This document shows, one piece after another, positions 36,517 through 48,242 of a stretch of DNA of 64,000 nucleotides; the first letter of the stretch is position 1; each line of letters opens with the position of its first letter. Made by a program: the position numbers and the translations under genes. This DNA is from an uncultured Gemmatimonadales bacterium. GTDB lineage: Bacteria; Gemmatimonadota; Gemmatimonadetes; Longimicrobiales; Longimicrobiaceae. The DNA is taken from positions 4,192,001 through 4,256,000 of the forward strand of contig OY970303.1 in the NCBI GenBank assembly GCA_963716255.1. The letters are read 5' to 3'. Below the pieces are notes generated by a model. That model worked only from the letters and a program-made list of their open reading frames with translations. It made no database searches and was not told where the DNA came from.

Positions 36517-38080
36517 CTAGTCATACCCCAAATCTCTACAGGTGGTTGAAACCGTTGCGCTTGGCAGGGCAGCCCGTAGCTTGGGAAGCTCCCTGGCAGG
36601 AGGTGTACGATGAGCGCAGAGAATAGGAGTTGGGCCCAAGAGCAATTCGAAGGAGCTGCGCTGGGCGATGTGCGTCGGGTGGACCGAGCGACTTTCATCG
36701 CAAGCCGCCTTCTGGATTCGCCGGGCAGCAGCCTTCCGGCTCTGTTCGACCGCCGCTACGACGTCAAGGCGGCCTATGCGCTGTTCGACCATGCGCAGGT
36801 CACCCCGGATACGCTGCAGGAGGGGCACCGGAGCCGACTGCGCGAGACGATGACCTCGGGGCCCCCGGGCCGTACGATCCTGCTGGCGGAGGATACGTCT
36901 GCGTTCAGCTGGAGTGGGAAGACGCCGCGTGCGGACATGGGCCCCCTGGGGTCGGGGAAGAAGGGGCTGCAAGGCTTCTTCGTTCACTCCGTGCTGGCGA
37001 TCGAGTGGGTGCCAGAGCGAGCTGTGGCCGAGGGCAAATCGCGCCCTGCGCTGCTGGTGCTCGGGCTTGCAGACCAGCAGTACTACGTCCGTCCTCAGGA
37101 GAGACAGCGCACGGCAGAGCGGGATTCCAAGGTTGCCAAAGCACGACAGCGGGAGTCGGAGATCTGGAGCTACAGCACACTGCGGCTGGGCGAGGCTCCG
37201 GCAGGCGCACGTTGGATTCGCGTGTGCGACCGGGAGGCAGACATCTACGAGTTCCTGACGCTGTGCCAGGAGTCAGGGCACGGCTTCCTGGTGCGCGCCA
37301 CGCAGGATCGCGCCCTGGAGTGGGCGCAGTGGCAGACTGGTTCGGGAAGCGGAGCAAGGCTATTCACGCAGCTGAGAGCCCAGCCTGCCGCGGGAGGATT
37401 CACCCTCTCTCTGCGGGAGCGTCCGCAGCACCCCGCCCGTGAAGCGGTCCTGAGCGTGGCGTTCTGCCAGGTGACGCTGCGCTCGCCCCAACGACCGGGG
37501 AAGAGTCCAGGCGGCTTGCCGGGCGTGCGCTGCACGGCGGTGCGCGTCTGGGAGGCGGATCCGCCTGCGAGTGTAAAGGAGCCCCTGGAGTGGATTCTCC
37601 TCTGCGATCAGCCCGTGTATTCGGCCGCCGAAGCCGCCGCGTGTGCCCGCCAGTACTCGGCGCGCTGGCTGGTGGAGGAGTATCACAAGGTGCTCAAGAG
37701 CGGGCTGGGAGCGGAGCACTTGCAGTTGGAGACGAGCGAGCGGCTCTACGCAGCCATCGCGTTGCTGAGCGTGGTCGCGACGCGCATTCTCACCCTGAAG
37801 GAGGCGGTACGGATCGATCCGTTCGCTCCCGCGGAGGACTCTGGGCTCACCGAGCGAGAACGCATGCTCCTGGCGTTGCGACTACGCCGCGAGTTAAAGA
37901 CTGTACGCGATGTGGCGCTCGCGCTCGGACGTCTGGGCGGACACATGGGCTCGCACCAGGGCACGCGCGTCGACCACATGCCCGGCTGGATCACGCTCTG
38001 GAGAGGCATGCAGGCCCTGCAACTCATGGTGCAGGGCGCTGACCTCGCAGCCTCCCTAGATAAATTTGGGGTATGACAAG
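36517..38080 (+). mobile_element. IS4 family (IS50/Tn5-like) insertion sequence, 1564 bp
   Basis: TIRs CTAGTCATACCCCAAAT / ATTTGGGGTATGACAAG; 10-bp TSD CAAACAGCCG at 36507-36516 and 38081-38090. Confidence 0.95.
36610..38076 (+). CDS. IS4 family transposase
   Basis: Tn5-like N-terminus WAQEQF..A.LGD.RR; D (AEDTS), D (CDREAD), YREK motif YSARWLVEEYHKVLK; LG.LGG...PGW.TLWRG. Confidence 0.95.
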   Translation: MSAENRSWAQEQFEGAALGDVRRVDRATFIASRLLDSPGSSLPALFDRRYDVKAAYALFDHAQVTPDTLQEGHRSRLRETMTSGPPGRTILLAEDTSAFSWSGKTPRADMGPLGSGKKGLQGFFVHSVLAIEWVPERAVAEGKSRPALLVLGLADQQYYVRPQERQRTAERDSKVAKARQRESEIWSYSTLRLGEAPAGARWIRVCDREADIYEFLTLCQESGHGFLVRATQDRALEWAQWQTGSGSGARLFTQLRAQPAAGGFTLSLRERPQHPAREAVLSVAFCQVTLRSPQRPGKSPGGLPGVRCTAVRVWEADPPASVKEPLEWILLCDQPVYSAAEAAACARQYSARWLVEEYHKVLKSGLGAEHLQLETSERLYAAIALLSVVATRILTLKEAVRIDPFAPAEDSGLTERERMLLALRLRRELKTVRDVALALGRLGGHMGSHQGTRVDHMPGWITLWRGMQALQLMVQGADLAASLDKFGV

Positions 38081-38160
38081 CAAACAGCCGCCGGGTCTCG
38101 CCCCTTCGGGCCGCAATCCCTCACGCAACTCCCTGCCCGTACTCCAGATCCAGCAGTTGG

Positions 38161-38216
38161 CCCCCTCTCCCAGAATTGGGAGAGGGTGGCGAGCCTCAAG
38201 CGAGCCGGGTGAGGGG
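38161..38216. repeat. Family C REP-like palindrome
   Basis: CCCTCTCCCA-GAAT-TGGGAGAGGG-TGGC...GCCGGGTGAGGG; similar to 39735-39787. Confidence 0.7.
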
Positions 38217-38229
38217 CCGGGCCGTCCGC

Positions 38230-38880
38230 TTACGCGCCGTGCTCCGGGGGGGGCTCTCCCGCCAGCTCCGCGCGCACCTCCTCCTCCAGCTCCTCCACCA
38301 CCGCCAGGGGGATGTCCTCCTCCGGGCGCGGGTGGAAGATCTTCCATTCCCTCGCCGCCCACACCGCCGCGCCCGTCACCAGCACCCCGCCCAGGATCCA
38401 CTCCTCGTACGGGCGCACCCGCAGGATCAGTCCCCCCACCGTCTCGCCGAAGAGGTAGCCCAGGGCGATGTAGACCACCGCGAAGCACAGCGAGCCCAGC
38501 AGGTTGAAGGTGAGGTACACCGGCAGGCGCAGCCGCGCCGCGCCCATGCTCACCGACAGTACGATGCGCAGCCCGTAGGCGAAGCGGGTCAGGAACGCCG
38601 TCGCGCGCCCCCAGCGGCGCAGCAGCAGGACGGCGCGCGCCCGCGGCTTCCGCAGCGAGGGAAAGGCGCGGATCATCCGGCGCCCCGTGAAGCGCCCGAT
38701 GAAGTAGTACATGGAGTCCGCCGCCATCCCGCCCGCCACCGCCGTCAGGTAGGTGGGGAACAGCTCCAGGTACCCCCGGCTGGCCGCGTACCCCGCCAGC
38801 ACGAACGCCATCTCCCCCTCGATCAGGGCGCCCACGAACACCGCCAGGTAGCCGTACTTCTCGAACCAGGTGCCGTCCAT
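38230..38880 (-). CDS. DedA family membrane protein
   Basis: YGYLAVF.G..IEGE, D...Y.IGR, TRF.YGLR. Confidence 0.92.
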   Translation of the reverse strand: MDGTWFEKYGYLAVFVGALIEGEMAFVLAGYAASRGYLELFPTYLTAVAGGMAADSMYYFIGRFTGRRMIRAFPSLRKPRARAVLLLRRWGRATAFLTRFAYGLRIVLSVSMGAARLRLPVYLTFNLLGSLCFAVVYIALGYLFGETVGGLILRVRPYEEWILGGVLVTGAAVWAAREWKIFHPRPEEDIPLAVVEELEEEVRAELAGEPPPEHGA

Positions 38881-39026
38881 CCTCGTCCGCCGCTCGGGGA
38901 CCGTCCCGCCGACCCGCCGGCGGGCGCCGCGCTCCCGTCCGGAAAGCGGCTCCGACAATCTAGCACGAGCCTTGCGCGCGGGCGCCCCTCCACGAGGCAC
39001 GACCTGATTCCACCGGGAGAGAGACC

Positions 39027-39467
39027 ATGGCGGAGTGGAGCGAGAACCTGATCACGGACGGCGAAGGCGTGCGGCAGGTCCTGCGCGACGCCAGGCGCGT
39101 CGCGGTGCTCGGCATCAAGACCGAGGCAGCGGCGGGACAGCCCGCCAATTACGTCCCCCAGTACCTCCAGCAGGCCGGGTACGAGATCGTCCCCGTGCCC
39201 GTCTACTATCCCAACGCGGTCGAGATCATGGGGGAGAAAGTGTACCGGTCGCTCGCCGAGGTGCCCGGCGAGATCGACCTGGTGGTGGTGTTCCGGCGCT
39301 CCGAGGACGTCCCGCCTCACCTGGACGACTTCCTCGCGGCAAAGCCCAGGGCGGTATGGATGCAGAGCGGGATCCGGCACGACGAGGTGGCGCGGCGGCT
39401 GGCGGAGGCGGGGATCAAGGTGGTGCAGAACCGGTGCAGCATGGTGGAGCACAGGTATCTGCGCTGA
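39027..39467 (+). CDS. CoA-binding protein (YccU-like)
   Basis: RVAVLG, YLQQAGYEIVPV, IDLVVVFRRS, VWMQSGI, NRC..VEH. Confidence 0.92.
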   Translation: MAEWSENLITDGEGVRQVLRDARRVAVLGIKTEAAAGQPANYVPQYLQQAGYEIVPVPVYYPNAVEIMGEKVYRSLAEVPGEIDLVVVFRRSEDVPPHLDDFLAAKPRAVWMQSGIRHDEVARRLAEAGIKVVQNRCSMVEHRYLR

Positions 39468-39500
39468 GGGTTTCGGGGGGCGTCGGCGGGGTGTAGGTTG

Positions 39501-39663
39501 GGGCCGCTCCGGAGCCGGACGATACTGCCGTCCGTCTCCTGCGCGGGCGCAGGGAGCCTCGCCAAACAGCCGGCGAGTCTCCCTGCGCCGGAGGAGCCAG
39601 CCGAAACCGCCCGGCTGTCTCCCTCCGAGAAGATTTGAGGGGTACTGCGGGAACAGCGACGGC
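39501..39663 (+). repeat. Family B structured repeat, copy B5 (3 modules)
   Basis: Stems CGGACG/CGTCCG, CTCGCC/GGCGAG, CAGCCG/CGGCTG; tail GGGTACTGCGGGAACAGC. Confidence 0.93.
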
Positions 39664-39665
39664 GA

Positions 39666-39787
39666 CCCCCTCCCCCGGCCCCTCCCCGCAAGGGGGAGGG
39701 GAGCACGACACGGCGGAATTCGAGGGACAGGAAGCCCTCCCCCGGTATTGGGGGAGGGTGGCGGCTCTCAGGCCGCCGGGTGAGGCC
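39666..39787. repeat. Pair of family C REP-like palindromes in opposite orientation
   Basis: CCCCCTCCCCCGGCCCCTCCCC..GGGGAGGGG and CCCTCCCCC..GGGGGAGGGTGGC..GCCGGGTGAGG. Confidence 0.7.
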
Positions 39788-40175
39788 CGGGGGAGCACCG
39801 CCGGCCGGTGGGGAAAGGTGCTCCGGGAATCTCCCCGCTGGCGCGTCGGGAAATTCCCCACGCGGCGTCCGGAAAAAGTGCAGGAATGTGGTTGAGAAAC
39901 GTTCTCAACTCATGCATCGTCGACGGGAGGCGATTCCCCGTTTGCCCGAGTAAATACTTGCCTTTCGGCGGTTTGGGCCGGCCGTGGGCGTCCGCTTCCC
40001 CGAAGCGGCCGGGAAGTTCTATTGCCGATTTTTGGGGGTGGTGTTATATGGGAGAGCTTAACCGCGCTCCCTCCGGTACGCCGGCCGTGGGCCCGGTGCA
40101 GGTGCCTGCGCGCGGGGGCCGCCTCTTGGGCGGGTCCCGCCCGCAGAGCAACGGTTCAATCCGCTTGGGTAGATC

Positions 40176-40850
40176 ATGACCAGAGTCCTCAAGTTCGCAG
40201 GGATCGTCCTCCTCACCCTCGGCGCGGCCACCTGCCGCCCGTACAGCACGGACGAGGGGCCGGACCAGCCCATCGCGTTCTACCACAGCGTGCACGCCGG
40301 GCAGAACCAGATGCCCTGCATGTACTGCCACACCACGGCGGACCGCTCCGTGGACGCGGGGATCCCCAGCGTGCAGCTCTGCGTCGGGTGCCACGTCCCC
40401 GGCAGCGCGGTGCAGCCGCCGGAGAACGCGCAGCTGGCCTTCCCGGCCGCTACCCGGGACTCGGTCTGGAACCGCGAGGCCACCAAGCTGGTGGACTACT
40501 GGAAGCGCCAGGAGTCCATCCCCTGGGTGCGCATCCACGACCTGCCCGACCACGCCAAGTTCCCGCACTACGTGCACGTGAACGTGGGGCTCCAGTGCCA
40601 GACCTGCCACGGGCCCGTCCAGGAGATGGAGAAGGTCTACCAGTTCTCCTCGCTCCGCATGGGCTGGTGCATCGACTGCCACCGCGGCGAGATGCCCCTG
40701 TCCGCGGCCGAGGAGGCGGCGGTGCGCAAGAACTCCGGCTACGTGCGGAAGATCGCCACGCTCGCGTCCACGGGGAACGACGTGCGCGCGGCGCAGAAGG
40801 CGTATCCCGACCAGCGCGCCAGCACGGACTGCGTCGTCTGCCACTACTGA
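40176..40850 (+). CDS. actA: Alternative complex III pentaheme cytochrome c subunit
   Basis: Five CxxCH motifs (CMYCH, CVGCH, CQTCH, CIDCH, CVVCH); QPIAF.H..HAG; MGWC. Confidence 0.9.
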   Translation: MTRVLKFAGIVLLTLGAATCRPYSTDEGPDQPIAFYHSVHAGQNQMPCMYCHTTADRSVDAGIPSVQLCVGCHVPGSAVQPPENAQLAFPAATRDSVWNREATKLVDYWKRQESIPWVRIHDLPDHAKFPHYVHVNVGLQCQTCHGPVQEMEKVYQFSSLRMGWCIDCHRGEMPLSAAEEAAVRKNSGYVRKIATLASTGNDVRAAQKAYPDQRASTDCVVCHY

Positions 40851-40861
40851 GGGAACAGAGA

Positions 40862-43800
40862 ATGTCTGACGGAATGAAGAGGCGGGATTTCCTCAAGGTC
40901 CTGGGAGTCTCCGGGGCCGGGGTGGCGACGGCCGGCTGCTCCACCGGCGAGGTGGAGAAGCTGATTCCGTACGTGGTCCCCTCGGAGGACATCGTCCCGG
41001 GCGTTCCCACCTGGTACGCGAGCACCTGCCGCGAGTGCCCGGCCGGGTGCGGCATCATGGTGGAGACCCACTCCGGGCGCGTCACCAAGGTGGAGGGCAA
41101 CGCCGACAACCCCATCTCGCGCGGCAACCTGTGCGCGCGCGGGCAGTCCGCGCCCCAGGGGCTGTACCACCCCGACCGCCACCGCGGCCCGTACACGGTG
41201 GAGGAGGGGCTCAGCCCCCGCAACGTGAGCTGGAGCGTGGCCGAGGGAATGCTGGCCGAGCGCATCCGCCGGGCGCCCGCGGGGAGCGTGGTCTTCCTCA
41301 CCGGGAGCTACGGCGGCACCATGGACCGCCTGGTGAACACCTTCGCCGGCTCCATCGGCGCCCGCCGGGTGGTGTACGATCCCTTCGGCGCCACGCCGCG
41401 CGACCTGGACTTCGCCGGGGCCGACTTCCTGATCTCCTTCGGGGCGGACTTCCTGGAGACCTGGGGCTCGCCGGTGGACTACGCGTGGCAGTTCTCGCAG
41501 ATGCACGCGTACCGCAACGGCCGCCGCGGCAAGTTCGTGTGGGTGGGGCCGCACCGCCCGCTCACCGGCCTCAACGCCGACCAGTGGATCGCCCCCCGGC
41601 CCGGGACCGAGGCCGCCATCGCGCTCGCCATGTCCGGCGGGATGGACGTGGCCACCGCCGCGCAGCAGACGGGCGTGGAAGCGGCCGTGATCGAGCAGCT
41701 GGCGCGCGAGTTCCGCGCCGGACGCGGCGTCGCGCTGGGGCCGGGCTACGCCACCTCCGGCGCCAACGCCGGCGCGCTGCAGGCCGCGGTGAACCGCCTC
41801 AACGGGCGCGGCGCGCCGGCCCCGGCGGCGGGCGGGATGCGCGACGTGCTCCAGCTGGTGGAGCAGATGCGCGCCGGGCAGGTGCAGGTGCTCCTGGTGG
41901 ACGGGGCCGACCCGGCGTACACGCTCCCCGGCGGAGTCCGGTTCGCCGAGGCGCTCGAGAAGGTGCCCTTCAAGGTGAGCTTCTCCAGCTTCCCCGACGA
42001 CACCTCGGCGCTGGCCGACCTGGTGCTCCCCTCGCACCACTTCCTGGAAGCCTGGGACGACTACACCCCGCGCCCCGGCGTTTACGCGATTGTGCAGCCG
42101 GCCATGCGCCCGGTGTTCAACACCAAGCAGGCCGGCGACGTGCTGCTGTCCGTCGCCCGGCAGCTGGGCGGCGCCGCGGCCGGAGTGGCGACGGCGAACA
42201 CCTACTACGACTACCTGCGCGTCGGCTTCCCCGGCGGCCCGGATGCCTGGCGGGCGGCGGTCAAGCGCGGCGGGACCTTCGCCTCCGCGCAGGCCCTCTC
42301 GGACGCGGGCGCTGCCGCGGCCGCGGCCGCGGCTGCTGTGCCCGTGACGGCCGCGGCCGCGGCCGGAACCACGGCGGCCGACAGTGCCGCCGCCGTGGCC
42401 ACCCCGGCGCAGGTCCCCGCGCCGGCGGCACCGGTCGCTCCGGCCCCGGCGCCCGCGGCCGGACCCGCCGCGGCCTACGCGCCCCTGCAGTTCGAGGGGC
42501 CCGCGGACGGGCTGCACCTGGTGGTCTACCCCTCGTACCGCTTCTTCGACGGGCGCACCGGCAACCGGCCCTGGCTGCTGGAGCTCCCCGACCCGGTCAC
42601 CAAGGTATCCTGGCAGTCGTGGGTGGAGATTCACCCGGCCACCGCCCGCGAGATGGGGGTGGAGCAGGGCGACGTCATGGAGCTGCGCACGCAGTACGGC
42701 TCACTCCGCACCTTCGCCTACCTGTACCCGGGCGTCCGCCGCGACACCGTGGCGGTGCAGATGGGGCTGGGGCACCAGGCGTTCGGCCGCTTCAGCGAGA
42801 AGGTCGGGGTGAACCCCGGCTCGCTTCTGGGCGCGGCCACGGAGCGCACCACCGGCGCCTTCGCGCCGTACGGGCAGCGCGTGCAGGTCCGCAAGGTGGC
42901 GGACGCCGACCGGCACACCCCCATCTTCAACCGGGTGCCGGACGGGCTGTTCGAGCAGGGCGTCCGCGTGCAGCACGACCGCGCGCTTGCCCAGGCCGTA
43001 TCCTTCGCCGCCATCCAGCAGGCGGACGGCCACGGGCCCGGGATGATCCCCGGCACCGAGGAGACCATCCGCCAGCTCAAGGGCAACGGCGGCTTCGCCC
43101 CCATCGAGACGCACACCGACCCGGCGGCGTACCCGCCCCCGGGGACCCAGTACGGCGAGTACATCGCGGGCGACACCCGCTGGGCGATGACCATCGACCT
43201 GGCGCGCTGCATCGGCTGCAGCGCCTGCGTGGTCGCCTGCAGCTCCGAGAACAACGTCCCGGTGGTGGGCCCCGTCGAGGTCAAGAAGGGGCGCGACCTC
43301 AGCTGGCTGCGCATCGAGCGGTACTTCGGGACGGGGCGCGACCAGACCGAGGCGCTGGGGGACCACGCCACCGACGACGTGCGCTTCTTCCCCATGCTCT
43401 GCCAGCACTGCGGCAACGCCCCGTGCGAGCCGGTGTGCCCCGTGTACGCGGCGTACCACACGCCGGACGGGCTCAACGGCCAGGTCTACAACCGCTGCGT
43501 GGGGACGCGCTACTGCGCGAACAACTGCCCGTACAAGGTCCGCTTCTTCAACTGGTTCACGTACGACTTCCCGGAGCCGCTCAACTGGCAGCTCAACCCG
43601 GACGTGACCGTCCGCGAGAAGGGCGTGATGGAGAAGTGCACCTTCTGCGTGCAGCGCATCCACGAGGCGGAGCGCAACGCCAACAAGGAGAACCGTCCGC
43701 TCCGCGACGGCGAGGTGGTCCCGGCCTGCGTGCAGACGTGCCCCACGCAGGTGTTCACCTTCGGAAACATCGTGGACCCGAACAGCGCGGTCGCCCGCGC

Positions 43801-43966
43801 CTCCAAGACCAACCGCAGCTACCGCGCCCTGGACGCGCTGAACACGCAGCCCGCCATCGTCTACCTCAAGAAGGTGACGCTGCACGAGCCGCGTAACGGG
43901 GGACACGAGGACCACGCCGAGCATCCCGAGGCGGCTCCGGCCGGCGCGGGCGCCGGGGCACACTGA
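40862..43966 (+). CDS. actB: Alternative complex III subunit B (molybdopterin-oxidoreductase-like domain fused to Fe-S domain)
   Basis: Tat signal RRDFLK..AGC; KVEGN; CIGCSACVVAC, CQHCGNAPCEPVC, CVGTRYCANNC, KCTFC..PAC..TC. Confidence 0.92.
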   Translation: MSDGMKRRDFLKVLGVSGAGVATAGCSTGEVEKLIPYVVPSEDIVPGVPTWYASTCRECPAGCGIMVETHSGRVTKVEGNADNPISRGNLCARGQSAPQGLYHPDRHRGPYTVEEGLSPRNVSWSVAEGMLAERIRRAPAGSVVFLTGSYGGTMDRLVNTFAGSIGARRVVYDPFGATPRDLDFAGADFLISFGADFLETWGSPVDYAWQFSQMHAYRNGRRGKFVWVGPHRPLTGLNADQWIAPRPGTEAAIALAMSGGMDVATAAQQTGVEAAVIEQLAREFRAGRGVALGPGYATSGANAGALQAAVNRLNGRGAPAPAAGGMRDVLQLVEQMRAGQVQVLLVDGADPAYTLPGGVRFAEALEKVPFKVSFSSFPDDTSALADLVLPSHHFLEAWDDYTPRPGVYAIVQPAMRPVFNTKQAGDVLLSVARQLGGAAAGVATANTYYDYLRVGFPGGPDAWRAAVKRGGTFASAQALSDAGAAAAAAAAAVPVTAAAAAGTTAADSAAAVATPAQVPAPAAPVAPAPAPAAGPAAAYAPLQFEGPADGLHLVVYPSYRFFDGRTGNRPWLLELPDPVTKVSWQSWVEIHPATAREMGVEQGDVMELRTQYGSLRTFAYLYPGVRRDTVAVQMGLGHQAFGRFSEKVGVNPGSLLGAATERTTGAFAPYGQRVQVRKVADADRHTPIFNRVPDGLFEQGVRVQHDRALAQAVSFAAIQQADGHGPGMIPGTEETIRQLKGNGGFAPIETHTDPAAYPPPGTQYGEYIAGDTRWAMTIDLARCIGCSACVVACSSENNVPVVGPVEVKKGRDLSWLRIERYFGTGRDQTEALGDHATDDVRFFPMLCQHCGNAPCEPVCPVYAAYHTPDGLNGQVYNRCVGTRYCANNCPYKVRFFNWFTYDFPEPLNWQLNPDVTVREKGVMEKCTFCVQRIHEAERNANKENRPLRDGEVVPACVQTCPTQVFTFGNIVDPNSAVARASKTNRSYRALDALNTQPAIVYLKKVTLHEPRNGGHEDHAEHPEAAPAGAGAGAH

Positions 43967-43986
43967 GGGGAGACGAGGGAAACCCG

Positions 43987-45404
<1,418 letters not shown>

Positions 45405-45408
<4 letters not shown>

Positions 45409-45923
45409 GAAAGTCACGTTCCGGCGTCCTCGGCGTCTTCGGCCACCTGGACGCAACCACCGACGCCATCCGGCGGCTCCGCTCGGCGGGGTTCGACCAG
45501 CTCACGGTGTACTCGCCGACGCTGCGCCACGAGATCGAGGAAGCGCTGGAGAGCGCGGACAGCCCGGTGCGCATCTTCACCCTGGTGGGCGCCTTCACCG
45601 GCACTGCGGCGGGCGCGGCGCTGGCGATCTGGGCCTCGCTGGACTGGCCGCTGATCGTGGGCGGCAAGGAGATCGTCTCGCTGCCGGCGTTCAGCGTCAT
45701 CATGTTCGAGGTGACCATCCTTCTGGGGGCGCTCTCCACGGTGGCGGGCCTCTTCATCAACGCGCGGCTGCCGCGCATCGGCCGGCCGGAGGCGCTGTAC
45801 CACCCGTCGTTCACGGCGGGGAACTTCGGCGTCTTCGCCCACGTCCCGCGGGACCGCTACGACGCGGTGCGCAACATCCTGACGGAAAGCGGCTCCGAGG
45901 AGGTGCTCGTTGAGCAGTCGTAA
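45405..45923 (+). CDS. actD: Alternative complex III subunit D (DUF3341)
   Basis: VYSP, WPLIVGGK, FEVTIL; ATGA overlap with actC. Confidence 0.88.
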
Positions 45924-46611
45924 GCTGAAGCGGTCCCCCGCGGCGCTCGCGCTGGGGCTCCTGGCGCTCGCCGGGTGCACCGACGCCGCCGGGTACGACC
46001 TGGACATGCTGATGGGTAAGGCGCCCTGGCTGGCCACCATGCGCAACGGGGTGCAGTACGACCCCTACGAGGGCGGCCCGCGCCTGCCGCCGGAAAACTC
46101 GGTGGCGGCGCGCAGCCCCAACGGCGACCGTCCCGCGCACTTCGCGCAGACGCAGCTGGACTCCGCGGCGGCGACGCTGCGGAACCCGTTCCCCGCCGAT
46201 GCCGCGCACCTGGCGCGCGGCCAGCTCTCGTACGAGCGGAACTGCACCGTCTGCCACGGCCCGGCCGGGGCGGGGAACGGCCCCGTGGTGGGCCCCAACA
46301 AGTTCCCGTACGCGCCGGCGATCAACGGCGCCGCCACGCAGGGCCGCTCCGACGGCTACATCTACGGGGTGATCCGGGTGGGCCGCGGCCTGATGCCGCC
46401 GTACGGCGACCGGATGACGGAGGCCGACATCTGGGCGACGGTGACCTACCTCCGCCGCCTGCAGGGCTCGGGCGGGGTCGTCGCTCCGACGACGGCGGTC
46501 TCGGGAGCGCCCCTCGCGAACCCGGCCGTGACGGACACGCTGATCGCGCCGGGCGCCGCTGCCCCCACGGGGACGGCGACCACGGACACCGCCTCGGCGC
46601 AGCCGCGCTGA
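45910..46611 (+). CDS. actE: Alternative complex III monoheme cytochrome c lipoprotein
   Basis: Lipobox LAGC; CTVCHG; GRGLMPPY; W..V.Y.R.LQ. Confidence 0.88.
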   Translation: MSSRKLKRSPAALALGLLALAGCTDAAGYDLDMLMGKAPWLATMRNGVQYDPYEGGPRLPPENSVAARSPNGDRPAHFAQTQLDSAAATLRNPFPADAAHLARGQLSYERNCTVCHGPAGAGNGPVVGPNKFPYAPAINGAATQGRSDGYIYGVIRVGRGLMPPYGDRMTEADIWATVTYLRRLQGSGGVVAPTTAVSGAPLANPAVTDTLIAPGAAAPTGTATTDTASAQPR

Positions 46612-46632
46612 TTCGCACCGGGACAACGAACG

Positions 46633-47961
46633 ATGTCAGCTGCTTCTCCGATTCCGAGGACGATCCCCTTCCGCACCCTCGACCGGGTGTCGGGCGCGGT
46701 GTGGGGACTCGTCGCAGTCCTGGTGCTCGTGGGCGCCGTCTCGGCGTTCCTGGGCGCTGGCGAGGCGCACGGCCGCGTGTGGCAGGCGCTCCTCTTCAAC
46801 TGGCTCTTCTGGTCGTCGGTCGCCATCGGCATGTTCATGCTGGCGGTGGCCTGGCAGGTGGTGGAGGCGGAGTGGCCCTGGTCCATCCGGCGCTTCGCGC
46901 TGGGCGGGGTGGCCTTCCTCCCGGTGTCGCTGATCCTCTTTCCCATCATCTTCTTCGGGGGGAGCGAGCACTTCTTCCACCACTGGCTGCACGTGGAAGG
47001 CGACCCGGTGATCGAGGCCAAGCGGGCCTGGCTCAGCCTGGGGGGGATGTTCACGCGCGACATGATCGGGCTGCTGGTGCTCTTCGGGCTGGCGATGGTC
47101 TTCACCTACTACTCGCTGCGCCCGGACGTGTACGGCGCCGGCCGCACCGGCGGGCAGAAGTCGATGTACGCCCGCATGACCGGCGGGTGGCGTGGCGCCG
47201 CCGAGGAGGCCTCGCGCTCCCGGGGCAAGCTGCTGGTGCTGGGCGTGGTCCTGGGGCTGGCCTTCGCGATCATCTGGGGGATGATCGGCATCGACCTGGC
47301 CATGACGCTCACGCCGCACTGGTTCAGCACCATGTTCCCGGTGGCGTTCTTCATGGCCGCCTTCCACGCCGGGATCTGCGCCACCGCGATCCTGGTGACG
47401 GTGTTCCGCCGCCGCCTGGGGATCGAGCCGTACATCACCGCGACGCAGTACCACGACCTGGGCAAGCTGATCTTCGCCTTCGCCGTGTTCTGGATGTACC
47501 TGAACTGGTCGCAGTACGTGGTGATCTGGTACGGCCTGCTCCCCTTCGAGCAGGAGTGGTTCGCCAGGCGCTTCACGGCTCCCTTCACCGGGCTGGCGCA
47601 GGCGGTGCCGCTGCTGATCTTCGTGGTTCCCTTCCTGGGGCTGCTCTCGCGCACCCCCAAGAAGATCCCGGCGATCCTTGCCGGCTTCGCGACGCTGATC
47701 CTGCTGGGGAACTGGCTGGAGCGCTACATGCTGATCTACCCCTCGCTGTACGAGGCGGGAGAGGGCGTCGCGCCCCACCTTCCCTTCGGGTTCACGGAGA
47801 TCGGGATCGGGCTGGGCTTCCTGGGCCTCTTCCTGGCCTGCTACCTGTGGTACCTGCGCACCTTCCCGATCCTCCCCTCGCCGGCGACGCTGGCCGCGGC
47901 GCCCCCGTCGGTGTTCCCGGTGGGCACGGCCGCCGCCCACGCCGCCCGGGCCGACCACTGA
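46633..47961 (+). CDS. actF: Alternative complex III subunit F
   Basis: About 10 TM helices; HWFSTMF, HDLGKL.F....FW.Y..WSQY..IWY. Confidence 0.88.
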   Translation: MSAASPIPRTIPFRTLDRVSGAVWGLVAVLVLVGAVSAFLGAGEAHGRVWQALLFNWLFWSSVAIGMFMLAVAWQVVEAEWPWSIRRFALGGVAFLPVSLILFPIIFFGGSEHFFHHWLHVEGDPVIEAKRAWLSLGGMFTRDMIGLLVLFGLAMVFTYYSLRPDVYGAGRTGGQKSMYARMTGGWRGAAEEASRSRGKLLVLGVVLGLAFAIIWGMIGIDLAMTLTPHWFSTMFPVAFFMAAFHAGICATAILVTVFRRRLGIEPYITATQYHDLGKLIFAFAVFWMYLNWSQYVVIWYGLLPFEQEWFARRFTAPFTGLAQAVPLLIFVVPFLGLLSRTPKKIPAILAGFATLILLGNWLERYMLIYPSLYEAGEGVAPHLPFGFTEIGIGLGFLGLFLACYLWYLRTFPILPSPATLAAAPPSVFPVGTAAAHAARADH

Positions 47962-47989
47962 GAAGGTGACGGCGGCGGGACAGGCGGTG

Positions 47990-48025
47990 AGCGGGGAGCC
48001 CGAAGCGGGCTCCCCGCTTCGCTTT
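47990..48025 (+). terminator. Terminator after act operon
   Basis: AGCGGGGAGCCCG-AAG-CGGGCTCCCCGCT then TCGCTTT. Confidence 0.65.
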
Positions 48026-48083
48026 GGAGGGCGGTGGGGTGGTGCGGCAACCGGTTGTGGTTGTAGCTTTGCAGTCGGCGGTT

Positions 48084-48208
48084 GCGTGAGGGATTTCGGC
48101 CCGAAGGGGCGAGACCCGCGCAGTTTGCGGGGCTCGACTCCGTTAAGCACGGTAGTATCGTGCTTTACGGAGCCGAAGCCCGACCCCGGCGCAGCCGGGG
48201 GCACGCCC
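48084..48208 (+). repeat. Family A structured repeat, copy A7
   Basis: Full consensus; variable hairpin AAGCACG-GTAGTAT-CGTGCTT. Confidence 0.95.
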
Positions 48209-48242
48209 GGCCCCGGCATCTCACCGTTACCGCAGGACAAGC

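Larger units (their letters stand above)
36424..38126 (-). repeat. Family A copy A6, split by the IS4 element (halves 36424-36516 and 38081-38126)
   Basis: Removing the IS and one CAAACAGCCG copy restores a full consensus; variable stem GGGCTGC/GCAGCCC. Confidence 0.93.
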
